The notes beneath the pieces were generated by a model. That model saw only the letters and a list, made by a program, of their open reading frames with translations. It did not search any database and had not been told where the DNA came from. From Thermofilum pendens Hrk 5 (GTDB lineage: Archaea > Thermoproteota > Thermoprotei > Thermofilales > Thermofilaceae): a stretch of DNA of 32,000 nucleotides. The stretch covers positions 1,230,001 through 1,262,000 of the forward strand of contig NC_008698.1 in the NCBI RefSeq assembly GCF_000015225.1. Direction: 5' to 3'. Shown here piece by piece: positions 7,818 through 16,809 of this stretch; positions within the stretch are counted from its first letter, which is position 1; each line of letters begins with the position of its first letter. Position numbers and translations under genes: made by a program.

Positions 7818-9365
7818 GTGAGGGGTATGAGGGTCGGCTCTCTCGCCGCCCTACTGGCAGTGGTAGCCGCGGTCGCCGCTATCCTGCTTCTCTACCAGCC
7901 CGCGAAGCCCGCGCAACCCGGGAACGCCACGGTCACGCTGAGAGTCTACGGCCCCGACGCGGTACTCGTGAACGGGTCGGCACGCGGCAACTGCACCCTG
8001 ACAGTCAAAGCCCCGGCGACGCTAACCCTGGACGCCTCCGCTCCGAAAGGCTGGAGGCTCAAAGCCCTCCTCGTGAACGGCTCACCCGCGTTGCCAGGCG
8101 CGACGAGGGTATCCGGCAACACGACCATCGAGGCCTTCTTCGAGCGCAGCGAGGCCGCCCTCATCCTGAGGGTCCGCGGGCCCGGAGCGCTCGTAATCAA
8201 CGGCACCAGCTACGGCAACGCCACCCTAACGCTAAGCGTACCAGCCCTCCTGGCGATCAACGCCTCACCCCAGCCAGGCTGGAAGCTCAAAACCCTGCTG
8301 ATAAACGGCTCGCGGGCACAGCCAGGCGTAGCAAGAATCGCGGGCGACACAGTGATAGAGGCTTTCTTCGCGTGGAGTGGCCCCGTGGTCACGCTGAGGG
8401 TTTACGGCCCCGGCTACCTGCTCGTCAACGGCTCGGGCTACGGCAACGACACGCTGTTGCTCAGGGGCGGGGCACTGCTCTCGATCAACGCGTCCACGCC
8501 TAGAAGCTGGAGGCTGAAAGCATTGCTGGTCAACGGCTCCCCCACCTCGCCCGGCGAGGTCAGGGTCTCCGGCAACACGACGATCGAGGCCTTCTTCGAG
8601 CAGGTGAAGGTAAAGGTCAAGGTGGTGCCGGGCGAGCACCCCGTAACAATCAACGGTTCCTGGGTGAACTCGACCACTGTGCTGGAGGTCCCGGCTTTCT
8701 CTGTCCTCGTGCTGGGCCCTGCGAGCGTGGAGCTCAACGAGACCTGCGAGGCTGTGCACTACTGGAACGCCAGTGTGGCTGGGCGCTGGACGCTCCTACA
8801 CGGCGACGCCTCGCTCGAAGTCGCGAACGACACGGTACTGGTGGCGGGCTGGAGCCTCAAGTGCCACCCACCACGCTCGACACTCGGAGGAGTACTCTAC
8901 GCCGGCAGAGAAGTCAAGGCCAGGATGGTGCTCACGGTTACGGAGTTCCAGTCGGGGTCCTGGAGGTACAAGGGCAACGGAGTCTGGGAAATAGAGGCGC
9001 CCGGCTTCCTCATAGTACTCCTAGAAACCCCGAAGAACTGGAGCAAAGTAGTAGTGAAGGGCAAGCCGCTCAGGAACGCCGGGAAGATAGAGGTCTGCGT
9101 GGTGCTGGAGAACGGCCCCTCGATGTACCGCACGAAGGGCGGCTCCGTGATGCTCGAAGACGTAACATACTTCGAGATCACACTGCCGAGGTGCATAATG
9201 CAGGGAACGTGCAGCGCGACGGTAACCACAAACCTAGGGAGCTATGCGGGCGGCACCGCGCACTGGGGCCCGAGGCTGGAGTCGCCCGACGTGCAGCCCG
9301 GCTGGCTCGAAATACAGGTCTACCCCGGGACGCACGTAGAGATACAGGTATTCGTCGAGCCCTAA
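7818..9365 (+). CDS. Membrane-anchored/secreted repeat protein, dense in N-glycosylation sequons (3 x 76-aa beta-rich repeats plus a unique C-terminal domain)
   Basis: N-terminal hydrophobic anchor LAALLAVVAAVAAILLLY. Three tandem 76-aa repeats (TLRVxGPGxLxVNG...NASPxxGWxLKxLLVNGS...GNTTIEAFF), each with 4-5 N-x-S/T sites. The start may be ATG 7827. Confidence 0.75.
   Translation: MRGMRVGSLAALLAVVAAVAAILLLYQPAKPAQPGNATVTLRVYGPDAVLVNGSARGNCTLTVKAPATLTLDASAPKGWRLKALLVNGSPALPGATRVSGNTTIEAFFERSEAALILRVRGPGALVINGTSYGNATLTLSVPALLAINASPQPGWKLKTLLINGSRAQPGVARIAGDTVIEAFFAWSGPVVTLRVYGPGYLLVNGSGYGNDTLLLRGGALLSINASTPRSWRLKALLVNGSPTSPGEVRVSGNTTIEAFFEQVKVKVKVVPGEHPVTINGSWVNSTTVLEVPAFSVLVLGPASVELNETCEAVHYWNASVAGRWTLLHGDASLEVANDTVLVAGWSLKCHPPRSTLGGVLYAGREVKARMVLTVTEFQSGSWRYKGNGVWEIEAPGFLIVLLETPKNWSKVVVKGKPLRNAGKIEVCVVLENGPSMYRTKGGSVMLEDVTYFEITLPRCIMQGTCSATVTTNLGSYAGGTAHWGPRLESPDVQPGWLEIQVYPGTHVEIQVFVEP
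7926..8600 (+). repeat. Intragenic tandem repeat, 3 copies, period 228 bp (76 aa)
   Basis: Residues about 37-112, 113-188 and 189-261 align position by position (L41, L117 and L193 are 76 aa apart). Confidence 0.85.
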
Positions 9366-11035
9366 ACCCTTTTATGCGGTGACGAGGCCGGCTTTGCTCT
9401 GCGCCGGGCTTTGGGCGCGCGGCCTAAGGCGGCGGCGCTGTAGAAGCGGGCGTAGACCCTGGCGAGGTTCGCTGGCTTGCGTTCCCTTAGCCAGAGGTCC
9501 GCGTAGAGGCTGGCGAGCCCCAGGAGGTCGGCTGCCGTGGCCTTTCCTTCCACCTTCCTCAGGCCCACCTCCAGGCAACGCTTCACGAACTCGAGGTCTG
9601 GTGGGAGCCTGACTCTCTCCGCCAGCTCGAGCGCCTTCCTCCACTCGTCGAAGACCGGGAGGCCCTTCACCTCGTCCGTGGGGGAGAAGAGCACCCTTTT
9701 GACGTAGTTGGCGACCTCGCCCTTGCCGAGCGCCTTCCTGACCTCCAGCACCTCGCGCGGCTCCCCGCTGAGCGCGAGCCACTTCTCCTCCCACCTGCCG
9801 TTGCCCTCGGCGTACTCCATCGAGGCCAGGATGAGCGGGTACAGGAAGGAGTAGAGGCACTCCTCCCCGTCGTCGCCCCACGCGGTCACCATGAAGCCCT
9901 TGACTCCCTCCTCCCGCGCCGCCTGCAGGAAGCTCTTCACGTTCGCCAGGGCGGCGTCGAAGTCGGGGTAGTACCTGTCCCAGTTCCAGAGGCCCGGGCA
10001 GACGATTTGCTCGTAGCCTCTCTCCTTGAAGAGCCGGATCTTCTGCTTGAAGTACTCGACGGTGCCGGGCGAGTAGTCCCAGTTCGCCACCACGGCCTCC
10101 CTCCACGCCGGGTTCTCGAGGATCGGCCTCCACAGATCCCTCTCGGTCTCGCGCAGGTACATGCCGGCGAGCATGTCGCCCCAGATCAGCGGGGTCTTGC
10201 CGCGCTCCCTGGCCAGCCGAAGCAGCCTGGAGTGGTGCTCGGCGTAGAGCCGCGGCCACTCGAACCTCAGGGTCCTGTCCAGGCTCCTCCCCCTCCCCAT
10301 CGCCCAGGTCTCGTCGCCGCCTATGTGGATGTACCTCGACTTCGTCTTCTCGAGCGCCTCCTCCAGCAACTCCTCCGCGAACCTCCTAGCCTCGGGGTCG
10401 CCCACGTCCAGGCACCCCTCCTCCGGCCTATGCCACTCGCTGAACCTCCGGTACCCCGGCAGGGACAGGATGTTCTCCATGTGCCCGGCCAGCTCGAGCG
10501 ATGGGAAGACCTCCACCCCGAGCCTACCCCCGTACTCCACAACCTCCCTCCACTCCTTGCCCGTGTACCTGCCCCGCCTCGCCCCGATGTCCGGGTAGCG
10601 GTCCCAGGGGAAGAGGTCCTCGACGTAGACGGCCAGGTAGTTGTACTTCAGGAGGAAGAGCCAGCGCAGAAGCCTCTTCAGCTCCTCCACAGTCGCCACG
10701 CCGCCGCGCGCAACGTCTAGGTGGAAGCCCCGGAACTCGAAGCGCAACCTCTCCTCGACCCTGACCTCCGGGATGGCGCGGTAACCCCCCTGAATGACCA
10801 GCTGGATCAACGTCGCCGTGTAGACCCTCGGATCCCCCCACACCTCGACGAAGCCTTCCTTGACCTCGAGGCCCGTCCCCTCCCCCTCAACCCTCCGAAC
10901 CTCCCACTCCCCCCTGGGCAGGCGGAACTCCTCGGCTACGAAGGGGTCGAGGTTCGAGAAGCCGTCGAAGCTGAACCAGCGCCCCCCGAACTCGAGCCTC
11001 GCCGGCTCGGGCACAACGACCGGCTCCCCACCCAT
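9362..11035 (-). CDS. Glycoside hydrolase family 20-like protein (putative beta-N-acetylhexosaminidase), no signal peptide
   Basis: FRGFHLDVARGG...LKYNYLAVYVED, SLELAGHMEN and YIHIGGDETW resemble the GH20 catalytic-domain motifs (RG-x-LD-x-R, PGH, H-x-GGDE). Confidence 0.6.
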   Translation of the reverse strand: MGGEPVVVPEPARLEFGGRWFSFDGFSNLDPFVAEEFRLPRGEWEVRRVEGEGTGLEVKEGFVEVWGDPRVYTATLIQLVIQGGYRAIPEVRVEERLRFEFRGFHLDVARGGVATVEELKRLLRWLFLLKYNYLAVYVEDLFPWDRYPDIGARRGRYTGKEWREVVEYGGRLGVEVFPSLELAGHMENILSLPGYRRFSEWHRPEEGCLDVGDPEARRFAEELLEEALEKTKSRYIHIGGDETWAMGRGRSLDRTLRFEWPRLYAEHHSRLLRLARERGKTPLIWGDMLAGMYLRETERDLWRPILENPAWREAVVANWDYSPGTVEYFKQKIRLFKERGYEQIVCPGLWNWDRYYPDFDAALANVKSFLQAAREEGVKGFMVTAWGDDGEECLYSFLYPLILASMEYAEGNGRWEEKWLALSGEPREVLEVRKALGKGEVANYVKRVLFSPTDEVKGLPVFDEWRKALELAERVRLPPDLEFVKRCLEVGLRKVEGKATAADLLGLASLYADLWLRERKPANLARVYARFYSAAALGRAPKARRRAKPASSPHKRV

Positions 11036-11213
11036 GGGAGGGGGACCTCCTCCCGGAATTTAAGGCTACCGCCGCACGAGACCGATGGGCGGGTCTCCGG
11101 GCGCGCAGAGAGATCGCCGACAAATACATAAGAATACATAAATACTCCCCTTTCTACTGGGTTATGGTACTGCCGGGGCTGTTCGACGCCTCTGGACGCG
11201 CGGGTGGTGGCGC

Positions 11214-13007
11214 GTGAAGGTGAAGGTGTTAGCGGCACTGTTGCTCGCGGCGGCTGTGCCGGTCGCCTACCTCTTCTTCGCGGCCCAAAGACCTAGCGGC
11301 GCGACACTAACGCTGAGGGTGCACGGCCCGGGAGGCCTCGTCGTGAACGGCTCCGCCTACGGCAACGCGACGCTGAGGGTAAGCGTGCCAACCGCGGTCG
11401 AGGTCTCGGCGCTCCCGCTGAAGGGGTGGAGGCTCAAAGCCCTCCTCGTCAACGGGTCGCCTGCCAAGGCGGGCGCCCTGCGGGTCTCCGGCGATACTGT
11501 AATCGAGGCGTTCTTCGAGGAGGAGAGGTACACGGTCACGCTCAAAGTGCGCGGCCCCGGAGCCCTCCTAGTCAACGGAACAGCCTTCGGCAACGCCACC
11601 CTGACGATCCACGGGCAAGCAGTACTAGCGGTCAACGCCTCGCCCCAGCCGGGCTGGAGGCTAAAAACACTGATGGTAAACGGCTCCCCCACCCCGCCCG
11701 GCGAGGTGAGGGTCTCGGGCAATACTACAATCGAGGCTATCTTCGGGCGGAGTGAAGCCACCGTCACCCTAAGGGTTCGCGGGCCCGGAGCACTCGTAAT
11801 CAACGGCACCAGCTACGGCAACGCCACGTTAACTCTCAAGGTGCCAGCCGTCTTGGTGATTAACGCCTCTCCCCAGCTAGGCTGGAGGCTGAAAGCTTTG
11901 CTCGTCAACGGCTCTCCCGCATTGCCCGGCGTCACAAAGATAAACGATGACACTACGATAGAGGCTGTCTTCAGGTCTATCATCTGCAGGCTCCTCGTCG
12001 TCGCCAACGCTTCGTGGGCTAGGGTGAAGGTGTACGGCGTGGAGTCCGGGGTCCCGCGCGAGGCGACGCTCCCATGCGGCTCCGAGGTCGAGGTAGAGCC
12101 CCTGGCGTCCGAGGACCTAGAACCCCTCAACTCCTCGATGAAGATCAAGCTGGAGGACGACGTCACCGTGACGCTCCTCTACAAGCTTAAAGGCGTAAAG
12201 CTCTACGTCGAAAACCCCGCCGCGATACCCGTGAAGGTAAAGGCCGTGAGGGGCAAAACCCTCCTAGCCGAGTGGAGCCTCAACACCTCCGCGACCCTCG
12301 AGTTCCCGAGGAACGCCAGCATAGTCCTAGACGCCAAGTGCATCTACAGGAACAACACCTGGATATGCCCATACGCCTACGTAAACGCCACCTGCTACCG
12401 CTGGATCCCAGGCCTAGTCGAGACCTTTAGGTTCTCGATGCCCATACCCGCCTCCAACGGCTCGACGCCGCCACTAGCCGGAGACGCCGTCCTAAGGATA
12501 GCCTACTACCGCTCCGCGACAAACAGGACAGACTTCTACGTCAAGGTAATCTACAACGGGAAACCAACGGACACCCTGCTACACTACTGGACGGTGTTCA
12601 CCCAGGAAGGCGAGGTCGAAGACCTCGGAAACGGCACCCTCCTAGTACGCGGAGCCTGGGTCGGCTTCTTCCTCCAAGCACGCCCCGACACCAAGGTAGT
12701 AGTCAAGGTCAAAGGCTGGGGGCTAAGAATATGCAGGATAATATCCAACACAACGTACACCTTCCCAGACGGGGACGTCTGGAAGGGCCTCGTAGCTAGG
12801 TGCCGCGAGCCCAACTTGCTCAGGTGCCCCTGCGAGTACACCGTGACTTTCGACGGAGTAGACGTGAACAAAGTCACGGCGACGCCGGAGATCGGCGGCT
12901 CCTGGCGCCTCTTCGGGAAGGTCGGCGAAGAGCCCCTGATAAACCTGGGCTGGCTCTTCTTCGAGGGTAGCGGAGAAAGCTACGTGACGGTCGAGGTCTA
13001 CGGGTAG
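11214..13007 (+). CDS. Paralog of the 7818-9365 sequon-dense repeat protein (3 x 76-aa repeats plus a divergent Cys-containing C-terminal domain)
   Basis: N-terminal anchor VLAALLLAAAVPVAYLFFAA. Same 76-aa repeat family. Many N-x-S/T sites also in the C-terminal domain. Transcribed divergently from the GH20-like gene. Confidence 0.75.
   Translation: MKVKVLAALLLAAAVPVAYLFFAAQRPSGATLTLRVHGPGGLVVNGSAYGNATLRVSVPTAVEVSALPLKGWRLKALLVNGSPAKAGALRVSGDTVIEAFFEEERYTVTLKVRGPGALLVNGTAFGNATLTIHGQAVLAVNASPQPGWRLKTLMVNGSPTPPGEVRVSGNTTIEAIFGRSEATVTLRVRGPGALVINGTSYGNATLTLKVPAVLVINASPQLGWRLKALLVNGSPALPGVTKINDDTTIEAVFRSIICRLLVVANASWARVKVYGVESGVPREATLPCGSEVEVEPLASEDLEPLNSSMKIKLEDDVTVTLLYKLKGVKLYVENPAAIPVKVKAVRGKTLLAEWSLNTSATLEFPRNASIVLDAKCIYRNNTWICPYAYVNATCYRWIPGLVETFRFSMPIPASNGSTPPLAGDAVLRIAYYRSATNRTDFYVKVIYNGKPTDTLLHYWTVFTQEGEVEDLGNGTLLVRGAWVGFFLQARPDTKVVVKVKGWGLRICRIISNTTYTFPDGDVWKGLVARCREPNLLRCPCEYTVTFDGVDVNKVTATPEIGGSWRLFGKVGEEPLINLGWLFFEGSGESYVTVEVYG
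11304..11978 (+). repeat. Intragenic tandem repeat, 3 copies, period 228 bp (76 aa)
   Basis: Residues 31-106, 107-182 and 183-255. The third copy shares a 54-nt stretch (11774-11827) with 8171-8224 of the paralog, with 2 mismatches by manual alignment. Confidence 0.85.
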
Positions 13008-13196
13008 CGCAACCCTAAAATAATTCTTTTCCCCCTCCCATCACGTGGACAACAAAACACGCCTGTTGCTGCTGCTAGTAGCGTTGCTGGCCTTCACAGC
13101 CGTAGCCAGCGCCGGGCCCTGCGTGCGCTTGTCGCTGTTTGTACAAATGTTCTAGGCTTTTGGTTGTATAACGTCGTTTTACATGAAAGTATAACA

Positions 13197-13218
13197 ATGT
13201 TTTTGTAGAGAAAAACAT
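13197..13218. terminator. Perfect 8-bp hairpin with T5/A5 runs in an AT-rich convergent intergenic region (candidate bidirectional terminator)
   Basis: ATGTTTTT-GTAGAG-AAAAACAT lies between the convergent genes ending at 13007 (+) and 13279 (-). An outer inverted repeat TAACAATGTT (13192-13201) / AACATTGTTA (13247-13256) is also present. Confidence 0.4.
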
Positions 13219-13278
13219 GGGTTTGTTTGGCCGGCAATTTTGCATAACATTGTTAGATTTAAGTATACCTTCGTTATA

Positions 13279-13716
13279 CTACTTCCAGTACCTCGGAGGC
13301 TCGCTGCGCCTCAGTGCCTCCTTCGGCTCCCACCTAAACCTCCATAAACCTCTCCCGGCGTCCTCTATAGCTACTCCGAGCTCTCCGATCAGCTTGTCGC
13401 TCATTAGAACCTCGCAGGCTAGGGGCGACACCACGATGTCCGCTTCGACCTCGGGGGAAGACGCTCCGGGCGCGAGAACGCTTACCCTGCAAGCTCTAGG
13501 CGCGACCCAAACCCTCAGTGGGCCCCCGGCGGTCTCGTACTCCGTCTCCTCGACCCCGGGCCCCGGAGGCCACAACCCGAGCTCTTGGGCCAGCCTGACC
13601 GGTACGAGGAGCTGGGGTGTCTCGGCTTCGTAGCCCGTGTTGGCGAGAGCGGGTGTCTCGACGGCTACGCCGCCCCGGGCTACCCTAAGCCTGACTCTTA
13701 CCGCTATACTTGCCAC
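13279..13716 (-). CDS. Hypothetical protein, possibly retropepsin-like (clan AA) fold with Asn in place of the catalytic Asp
   Basis: ALANTGYEAETPQLLVPVRLAQELGL resembles the hydrophobic-D-T/S-G-A ... LGL layout of archaeal predicted aspartyl proteases, but reads NTG. GTG start. A paralog lies at 18958-19430. Confidence 0.55.
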   Translation of the reverse strand: MASIAVRVRLRVARGGVAVETPALANTGYEAETPQLLVPVRLAQELGLWPPGPGVEETEYETAGGPLRVWVAPRACRVSVLAPGASSPEVEADIVVSPLACEVLMSDKLIGELGVAIEDAGRGLWRFRWEPKEALRRSEPPRYWK

Positions 13717-14094
13717 CCCTACTCACTATCCTGCCTATCCTCGTCCTGTGGTCCCTGACTAGGCCTACGAAAGCCCTGCCCACGCGCTTAGCTTGGAGAC
13801 GCGCGCCAAAAAAACTTTGCGCAAGGCTAAAGTACCGGGGGTTCGTCCGAAAGCCGGAGGTGGCCCGAGTGCGCTCCGCGACGAGGAGGGTTAGGGGCGT
13901 CGTGAAGCCGAGGATGAGCCTAGAGGAGCTCGAAGAGGCTTACTGGGCGAGCAGGCTCCGGAGCCCCGAACATCGGTAGGCCTCGAGGTAGCTGGAAGAG
14001 CTTTGCAGGCAAAGCTGTCCGCGTTGCTCTCGCATTTCTGGGGGTATCCGGGCTCGCGGAGTTTATCTAGGGGCTCGGCGTTGATACGAGGGGT

Positions 14095-14478
14095 ATGTCT
14101 TTCGAAGAGGCGGAGGTTCTCAGGAGGAGGGCGCACGCTTTTCTGAGGAACGCGCTAAGGCTTATCGATGAGGGTGAGTACGACTTGGCGGCGTTCAGCC
14201 TGGAGCAGTACTGCCGGCTGATACTCGAGTACAAGTTGCTGGTGCTGAAGGGAAGCTACCCGAGAACCCACTCGCTGAGGAGGCTTATACGCGAGCTGGG
14301 CGAGGCGGAGCCCTCCGTCCTCGAGCTCGTGGAGAACGTCGGCAACCTGCACTACGTGGCGAGGCTTGAGGAGGCGTACCTGGCCTCCAGGTACTTCCCC
14401 ACGGCCTACGAGGAGGCCGAGGTCAGGGACCTGGCGAGGTTCGTCGCCGAGGTGTTCAGGAGGCGTGTCGAGGGGTAG
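14095..14478 (+). CDS. HEPN domain protein (toxin-like partner of a HEPN-MNT pair)
   Basis: AHAFLRNALRLIDEGEYDLAAFSLEQYCRLILEYKLL...YPRTHSLRRLIRELG...EAYLASRYFP matches the HEPN (PF05168-type) pattern. Overlaps the downstream MNT gene. Confidence 0.8.
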   Translation: MSFEEAEVLRRRAHAFLRNALRLIDEGEYDLAAFSLEQYCRLILEYKLLVLKGSYPRTHSLRRLIRELGEAEPSVLELVENVGNLHYVARLEEAYLASRYFPTAYEEAEVRDLARFVAEVFRRRVEG

Positions 14479-14776
14479 CGCTCTCCGCTTCCTCAGGGAC
14501 TACAGGGCTGTCGCCGGGCTCGTGAAGGAGGTGGCTAGGCGCTTCGACCCCGAGGCGAGGGTCTTCGTCTTCGGCTCGGCGGTCAGGGGCGACTACACCG
14601 CGGCTAGCGACATAGACGTGCTCGTAGTGACGTCGGCGGTCGACAGGAAGTACGACTTAATGGTGGAGGTTTACAGGAGCACTGAGGCGCCAGTCGAGCT
14701 CCACGTAGCGAGCCCCGAGCAGTTCGAGAAGTGGTACAAGAGGTTCATACCGCCCAGCGAGCTGGTCGAGGTCTAG
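14465..14776 (+). CDS. Minimal nucleotidyltransferase (MNT), partner of the HEPN protein
   Basis: VFVFGSAVRGDYTAASDIDVLVV is the G-S-x(n)-D-x-D nucleotidyltransferase motif. GTG at 14465 gives a 14-nt overlap with the HEPN gene. The track ORF start at 14366 is probably too far upstream. Confidence 0.8.
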   Translation: MSRGSALRFLRDYRAVAGLVKEVARRFDPEARVFVFGSAVRGDYTAASDIDVLVVTSAVDRKYDLMVEVYRSTEAPVELHVASPEQFEKWYKRFIPPSELVEV

Positions 14777-14825
14777 CCGGCCGCAACCTTAATACCGTCC
14801 TTCGCGCAACTCCCGGCGAGGTTAA

Positions 14826-15053
14826 ATGAAGGTTGTCAGCGTGAAGGTCCCGGACTACGTCTCGGAGAGGGAGGTCCTGCTCTGGGTAGCGGAGGGGCTT
14901 TCCCGCAAGTACGCGAGGAGGCGCGTGCTCAAGCTACTCGAGGAGGGCGTCGCCGGCGTGGACGCCGAGAAGGCGCTCGAGGAGTTCGAGGAGACGAGGA
15001 GCGAGACCTGGAGGACCCTGGAGGAGGAGTACAGGAGGAGAGGTCTACTCTAA
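14826..15053 (+). CDS. Small hypothetical protein (75 aa, charged and helical)
   Basis: ATG preceded by GAGGT 4 nt upstream and a TATA-like CTTAATAC about 35 nt upstream. No recognisable family. Confidence 0.45.
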   Translation: MKVVSVKVPDYVSEREVLLWVAEGLSRKYARRRVLKLLEEGVAGVDAEKALEEFEETRSETWRTLEEEYRRRGLL

Positions 15054-15122
15054 TCCTCGATAGCAACATTCTATTCTCCGTCGTTTTAGCCGGCAGAGGA
15101 TCAGGGACGCGCGTCGCAGTGC

Positions 15123-15129
15123 TTAAATA
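15123..15129 (+). promoter_or_regulatory. TATA-box-like element upstream of the MFS transporter gene
   Basis: GCTTAAATAGAACC lies 30 nt before ATG 15159, which implies a very short 5' UTR. Confidence 0.35.
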
Positions 15130-15158
15130 GAACCTTCTCACCTGTAGAGGCGTCGCGT

Positions 15159-16346
15159 ATGGGGAAAGGGTCTCTTTCCTTCTACATCTCGCTGTACATA
15201 GTAGTCTTTATAACAATGATAGACCACTCGACGATATCTCCTATAGTGGCGCAGTACGCGAAGTCTCTGGGAGCCTCGGACTCCCTAGCAGGTATCATCG
15301 TGGCGTCGTACTCTATGTCTGCCCTAATCTCTCTACCCGTAGTGGGCCTACTGCTAGACAAGGTCTCGAGGGCAGGCGTGGTCCAGTCTCTCATACTCGC
15401 AGACCTGGCTGTAGTATACCTCTACACCCTCCCAAGAAGCCCCACGGAGCTACTCGTGGTGAGGGCTCTGCACGGGGCGGTAGACTCAGCCCTCTTTCCA
15501 GGTATACTGGCTGTATTTAGAGACATGGTCACTAGGAGACTGGAGACAGGGTTCACGCTATACTGGGTCGTGACGGGGACGCCGATAGCTATCGGGAGCC
15601 TGCTCGCGAGGACAGTAGTCCTGCACTACGGCTTCCGCGGGGTCTTCTACGCATTGATACCACTCTACGTTGCAGGCTTGATCGCCTCTATAGAGATCTC
15701 TAGGAGGTACAGGGAGGCCTTGGCCAGGAGAGCACTGTGGGAGGGGCCGAGGGATCCCGTGGCCCTCGGAACGCTGGTAGCCGCGTACGTCTCTGCATAC
15801 ATCCTCTACACGGGCATAGGGACCGTGGTGGGTAGTATGTCAATCTCTCTGACTAGAGGCCTGGGGCTCCCCAGGGAGGCCGCGGCCGCGGAGGTTGCTT
15901 GGTGGGCCTTTCAGGCCACCCTCTTCTCTCTCTTAGTCATGGCCTTCACCGCAAGACACGTTGTCAGAGAGGTCTCAAAAGCGCTGTGGGCCCTGGCGAT
16001 AGGCCTGTCTGGCGTAGCTCTCTCCATGGGACTGCTTCTAGTGAGCATAGAGAGCCTCTCGAGGACCCTCTCGTCCCTATTCTTCGGGGTAGCTCTCGGC
16101 ACGGTACTCCCGGCCTCCTCGAAGATCGTGTCCGACACCCACTATAAGTACAGGGGGAGGGCCTCTGCACTACTATCGGTATCCTTCCTCACAGGCGTCA
16201 TAACAGGGGCTGTGGCCTCCTCGAGGCTCCTCGAGACGGCACACGGCCTCTACACGAACTACCTGCCCGCCGCGGCAGGCGCCTCTCTAGGACTCCTGCT
16301 CGTGCTCTACGTAGCCTCTAGGAGACGGGCCTCCCGCAGTACCTAG
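15159..16346 (+). CDS. Major facilitator superfamily (MFS) transporter
   Basis: 395 aa, hydrophobic throughout with about 12 predicted helices. The loop 2-3 motif GLLLDKVSRAG fits MFS motif A (G-x3-D-R/K-x-G-R). Confidence 0.75.
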   Translation: MGKGSLSFYISLYIVVFITMIDHSTISPIVAQYAKSLGASDSLAGIIVASYSMSALISLPVVGLLLDKVSRAGVVQSLILADLAVVYLYTLPRSPTELLVVRALHGAVDSALFPGILAVFRDMVTRRLETGFTLYWVVTGTPIAIGSLLARTVVLHYGFRGVFYALIPLYVAGLIASIEISRRYREALARRALWEGPRDPVALGTLVAAYVSAYILYTGIGTVVGSMSISLTRGLGLPREAAAAEVAWWAFQATLFSLLVMAFTARHVVREVSKALWALAIGLSGVALSMGLLLVSIESLSRTLSSLFFGVALGTVLPASSKIVSDTHYKYRGRASALLSVSFLTGVITGAVASSRLLETAHGLYTNYLPAAAGASLGLLLVLYVASRRRASRST

Positions 16347-16499
16347 AGACCTCTGAGACCCCGTCCACGGGAGCCCGGCACAGCCCCTCGCGTTGAAGCG
16401 GCTACGCGCAACACGGGTGGTGCGATTCTTCTAGCTACGCGGAGAGCGGTCCAAGGCTTCTTGTGCACCACAAGGGGGCATCGACGACGTGCTAGGCAC

Positions 16500-16763
16500 C
16501 TAGCGCCCCGAGCGCGCCAGCTCCTCGAGGCGGTCGAGCTTATCCACGCGGAGCGCCTTCAGGAACCTGTGCAGCTCCAAAGCCTCCCTTGCGCGTAGCG
16601 CGTCCACCATTACCTTCGCGAGCTCGACGGCCCTCGCGCCCTCAACCCTCACTACCTTCCCGCTGCGCACCCTGAACTCGAGCACGGGCTTCCCGTCCTC
16701 GAACCGCGCGTCCCCGCCCGAGAGGAAGAGCCCGACGAGCGTCATAGGGTGGTCTACGCGCAC
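16500..16763 (-). CDS. Small hypothetical protein (87 aa; start may be the internal Met at 16745)
   Basis: Lies 46 nt downstream of, and co-oriented with, the 696-aa gene. No recognisable motif. Confidence 0.4.
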   Translation of the reverse strand: MRVDHPMTLVGLFLSGGDARFEDGKPVLEFRVRSGKVVRVEGARAVELAKVMVDALRAREALELHRFLKALRVDKLDRLEELARSGR

Positions 16764-16809
16764 GAGCCTGCCCCCACCGTGAACTCCAGGTAAGGCTCGC
16801 CGCCCACTC

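Noticed and set aside
9372-10259. Long alternative-frame or antisense ORFs rich in R/G/P/A: 9372-10259(-), and likewise 14-220, 493-942, 1026-1358, 2026-2460, 3466-3972, 4177-4668, 4554-5252, 5168-5728, 10007-10720, 17102-17572, 18472-19278, 23009-23788, 25501-26085, 29482-30129 and 30844-31761.
   Set aside because: They overlap ORFs with clear family motifs. Their low-complexity Arg/Gly/Pro composition is typical of out-of-frame translation of GC-rich coding DNA, and they have no motifs of their own.
13217-13979. ORFs 13217-13633(+) and 13710-13979(+).
   Set aside because: The first is antisense to the retropepsin-like gene, which has a paralog supporting the minus frame. The second is basic and low-complexity, with no start context or motif. 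I left it unannotated.
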